Shown here: positions 60,301 to 64,000 of the stretch, piece by piece
Numbering within the stretch: the first letter of the stretch is position 1
Layout of the letters: every line of letters starts with the position of its first letter
Source of the DNA: Macrostomum lignano
Lineage: Eukaryota
Reading direction: 5' to 3'
NCBI GenBank assembly: GCA_002269645.1
Contig: NIVC01003024.1
Span: forward strand, 24,721-88,720
DNA length: 64,000 nucleotides
Translations under genes and position numbers: made by a program
Notes under the pieces: generated by a model
Databases searched by the model: none
The model's input: the letters and a program-made list of their open reading frames with translations, nothing else
Told to the model about the DNA's origin: nothing

Positions 60301-61542
60301 GGCACAGCTCCGGCCAGAAGCTCGTGTCGGCCTGCAACGATTTCTACACCCGAATACCGCACGACTTCGGCATGCGGGTACCGCCCGTTATTCGCAGCCT
60401 AGAAGAGATCCAGGCCAAGGCAGATCTGCTGCAGGCCTTGGAGCAGATTCAAACTGCTCTGAAAGTGGTTAGCGATGGAGCGGAGGAGTCTGGGGACTCG
60501 GCAGCTGCTGAGCACCCGCTGGACCGGTGCTACAGGCGGCTGGCCTGCGATATTGAGCCTGTGGACTCCAATTCTGAGGAGTTCTCCATGATTGACAGGT
60601 ACCTGCAGACTACTCACGGTCCGACTCACAGTCTGTACACCCTGAGTTTGGGAGCGCTGTTTAAAGTGCAGCGTGCGCCTGAGACTGCTCGGTTCAGATC
60701 GGATCTGCCTAACCGGATGCTGCTGTGGCACGGGTCTCGGCTGTCTAACTGGGCTGGAATTCTGTCTCAGGTGAGTCCGCTTACCGCCTAATCTGTAGCC
60801 TTTTGAGAATCTAGCGACAATCCCTTCCAAGAATCGCCCTCGAACTGCCCCAAGAATTGCCCTCGAACTGCCCCAAGAATCGCCCTCAAACTGCCTCAAG
60901 AATCTGCCCAAGAATCGCCCTCAAACTGCCTCAAGAATCTGCCCCAAGAATCGCCCTCAAACTGCCTCAAGAATCTGCCCCAAGAATCGCCCTCAAACTG
61001 CCTCAAGAATCTGCCCCAAGAATCGCCCTCAAACTGCCTCAAGAATCGCCCTCAAACAGCCTCAAGAATCGCCCTCAAATTGCCCAAGAATCGCCCTCAA
61101 GCAGCCCCAAATCTCCCGCTCCCATCTCGCAGGGCCTCCGCGTGGCGCCCCCGAGGCGCCGGCCACAGGCTACATGTTCGGCAAAGGCGTGTACTTTGCC
61201 GACGTGAGCAGCAAGTCGGCCAATTACCTGTACGCTACTAGAAGCAAGCCAACAGGTGTGCTGGCCTTATGCGAAGTGGCCCTGGGCACCAGTCGAGAGC
61301 TGAACAAGGCCGACTATGAGGCGGCCAAGCTGCCTGCCGGATTCAACAGCGTCAAAGGCATTGGAGAATTGACTCCAAATCCTTCGTCTGCAGAGCAGTT
61401 GGCCGACGGGTGCAAAGTTCCCATTGGCAAGCTGGTGGCCAGCAACCTGTCAACTGTGCTCAATTATAATGAGTACGTTGTGTACAATGTGAATCAGCTG
61501 CGTCTGAGGTACCTGGTGCAGGTGCGGTTCAACTTTAAATGA
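57335..61542 (+). CDS. Poly(ADP-ribose) polymerase, PARP2-like, with tandem N-terminal WWE domains (about 758 aa); 1-nt frameshift in the last exon
   Basis: Exons 57335-57442, 57534-57675, 58333-58590, 58778-59358, 59994-60770 and 61133-61542, all GT-AG and phase-consistent. WWE x2 (WQYEDGPDVWRNY; YTVDLRKLHQTNDRTGFRRNIRR), WGR (NNNKFYLLQLL...WFRWGRVG), regulatory (MPLGKLT, FYTRIPHDFG), catalytic LLWHGS, GYMFGKGVYFAD, LNYNEYVVY. The C run at 61148-61152 is one base short. Confidence 0.9.
57705..58310. repeat. 21/22-bp minisatellite, PARP intron 2
   Basis: Unit CAGTAGC(T)CCTATGTCAGA(T/C)TGT. Confidence 0.95.
59375..59830. repeat. 27-bp minisatellite, PARP intron 4
   Basis: Unit GGTACCTTGGTTCAGGGTTCTGGTTGT. 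Confidence 0.95.
60830..61100. repeat. 36-bp minisatellite, PARP intron 5
   Basis: Unit GCCCCAAGAATCGCCCTCAAACTGCCTCAAGAATCT. Confidence 0.92.
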
Positions 61543-61577
61543 GGCGCAACTCGTTGCAGCTTTGCTTATTTTGGCTG

Positions 61578-61705
61578 TTATAGTCTATAGTGCGTTATAG
61601 TCTATAGTGCGTTATAGTCTATAGTGCGTTATAGTCTATAGTGCGTTATAGTCTATAGTGCGTTATAGTCTATAGTGCGTTATAGTCTATAGTGCGTTAT
61701 AGTCT
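61578..61705. repeat. 17-bp minisatellite just 3' of the PARP stop
   Basis: Unit GTTATAGTCTATAGTGC. Confidence 0.92.
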
Positions 61706-61769
61706 GTAGTAAGATGCGACTGTCCCAAAGTGCAGTGAGGAGCTGTAAGGGTCTGTAGTAGTGCCACGG

Positions 61770-62305
61770 TCTGTAGGGGTCTGTAGTATGTTGTGACTAT
61801 CTCTAAGGGTCTGTAGTAGGTTGTGAGTGTCTCTAAGGGTCTGTAGTAGGTTGTGAGTGTCTCTAAGGGTCTGTAGTAGGTTGTGAGTGTCTCTAAGGGT
61901 CTGTAGTAGGTTGTGAGTGTCTCTAAGGGTCTGTAGTAGGTTGTGACTGTCTCTAAGGGTCTTTAGTAGGTTGTGAGTGTCTCTAAGGGTCTGTAGTAGG
62001 TTGTGAGTGTCTCTAAGGGTCTGTAGTATGTTGTGACTGTCTTTAAGGGCTGTAGTATGTTGTGACTGTCTTTAAGGGTTTGTAGTAGGTTGTGACTGTC
62101 TTTAAGGGTCTGTAGTAGGTTGTGACTGTCTTTAAGGGTCTGTAGTAGGTTGTGACTGTCTTCATGAGTCTGTAGTAGGTTGTGACTGTCTTTAAGGGTC
62201 TGTAGTAGGTTGTGACTGTCTTTAAGGGTCTGTAGTAGGTTGTGACTGTCTTTAAGGGTGTGTAGTAGGTTGTGACTGTCTTTAAGGGTCTGTAGTAGGT
62301 TGTGA
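61770..62305. repeat. 30-bp minisatellite
   Basis: Unit CTCTAAGGGTCTGTAGTAGGTTGTGAGTGT and variants. Confidence 0.94.
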
Positions 62306-63069
62306 AAATCTACTTATCTGTAGCAGTGTGCGTTAAAGTCTGCAACAAAAAGTCTGTAGGACGGCGTTACAGCCTGTACTTTAGTGTAAAATAATGTACA
62401 GTACTCCTTCGGCTGTTTTTTTCTGTCGTTCTGTAATGCTTCTGTCTCTAGTAGAAATTTTATTTTTAGTTCCGTTTTGTATGTTTTTTTTAAGTAAAAA
62501 AAATTGTTTTAGTGTTTACTATTTTAGCAACATTGAAAAAACTTCATCTGGACCAAAGCGGTTCACCTTCTCCGCCCTATCCTCCATTCCTTTTCTTGAT
62601 TTTCCTTTTGCGTCTCTGCGTTCAATTCTGCTTTAAAAAGTTTTTTTCTAAACATATCGTCTGGTTAATCTTATTCTTATAAGCAACTTTTTTAATGCCT
62701 TTTGCCGACTCTGCAACCGAATACGAAGTGCTTGGTTTTATGTTTTCTTTTCTATTTATGTAGTGTACAATTGGATCTTATCTAGCACCAAAAAATTGCA
62801 TTATCTGCGACTTTTCCTGTGCACTTTTATCTTCTTAATGTCAGTAATATTGTTCTTTTATATACTTTTTGTACTCAAAAACAAATTTCTCAAAAATAGC
62901 TTGGCTCGTGTTAACAAATCATATTTTATCATTCTTTGTCTAGCGTTGCATTCAGCTAATCCTTAGCCTATCAAGTTTTGTGGCTTAAACTTTTTATGAT
63001 ACCGTTTTTATGGTTATTTGTTTAAATAGCCTTTTTGTTTTATCACCAACGCCACTATATCTCTGTCGC

Positions 63070-63550
63070 AACACAATGTGTTGTAGTGGCTGTTGTCTAT
63101 GGCCAAGGCCCCTCTGTCACCCCATAGTGTGTTGCAGTGGCTTTTATCTATGGCCAAGGCCCCTCTGTCGCCCCACAGTGTGTTGCAGTGACTGATGTCT
63201 ATGGCCAAGGTCCCTCTGTCACCCCACAGTGTGTTGCAGTGGCTGTTGTCTATGACCAAGGCCCCTCTGTCACCCCACAGTGTGTTGCAGTGGCTGTTGT
63301 CTATGGCCAAGGCCCCTCTGTCACCCCACGGTGTGTTGCAGTGGCTGTTGTCTATGGCCAAGGCCCCTCTGTCATCCCACAGTGTGTTGCAGTGGCTGCT
63401 GTCTATGGCCAAGGTCCGTCTGTCACCCCACAGTGTGTTGCAGTGGCTGTTGTCTATGGCCATGCAAGGCCCCTGCTCTGTCATCCCACAGTGTGTTGCA
63501 GTGGCTGTTGTCTATTGCCAAGGCCCCTCCTCTGTCATTCCACAGTGTGT
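63070..63550. repeat. 51-bp minisatellite (about 9 copies)
   Basis: Unit GTGTTGCAGTGGCTGTTGTCTATGGCCAAGGCCCCTCTGTCACCCCACAGT. Confidence 0.94.
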
Positions 63551-64000
63551 TGCAAACCAAGGCTCCTTTCCATCCCGCAGAGTCTCCAAATACGCCTCTT
63601 AGCACTAATAAAACACGCGACTATCTTTCGCTAAAGAAATGCTTGTAAGCGTTTAACTGCTATAAATAAACTGCAGCAACATTCGCAATCACTGGGCTGT
63701 GTAAGAGCCAACGTTTTGCAGATAATTTAACGTTGGACTCGCTTATTTCATAGTTATTGTCAAGCACAACACTGCATGCAGTAAGGCGTCACTGGTCTCA
63801 TTGTGCCAGTGCTGCTAGCCTAGTGATAAGCATGGAAGCCTTTGTTAATGCCTGTCCCTGCCTCTGTTTCCCTGATGCCAATCTGTTCGGGGCTTGAGAA
63901 TCTCCCCTCCATTGTCTCCCAGCGCTTCAGTTTTTACAGTTCAGGTATTTGCCTTATCGAATCTGATCTGCGAACGCTTCTGGGCGTGGAACAGTGCCAG

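Overview
This is eukaryotic animal genomic DNA, not prokaryotic. GC-rich exons, minisatellite-filled introns and high repeat density suggest a flatworm such as Macrostomum, but that is inference only. Host genes I can support by manual translation and splice modelling: a 5' portion of NOP9 (5 exons, minus strand, running off the window start); two convergent single-exon secreted lectin-like genes (PAN-like+LamG and PAN+C-type lectin); a 77-aa RFamide neuropeptide precursor; an intronless SID-1/SIDT gene; and a 6-exon PARP with 2xWWE-WGR-regulatory-catalytic (H-Y-E) domains. Mobile DNA: an intact Ty3/gypsy element with apparently identical 253-bp LTRs and a P-like THAP element (8-bp TSD), both inside one 31-bp satellite; a decayed minus-strand gypsy element split by a CACTG-ended EnSpm/CACTA transposon (TA TSD), with an extra ORF and promoter-like motifs downstream of its pol; a solo LTR in an RT remnant; a LINE RT fragment; and a minimal hammerhead-ribozyme-like motif. 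Most long ORFs in the supplied track are tandem-repeat artefacts. No rRNA, tRNA or CRISPR array was recognised. No database searches were run; family calls rest on remembered motifs.
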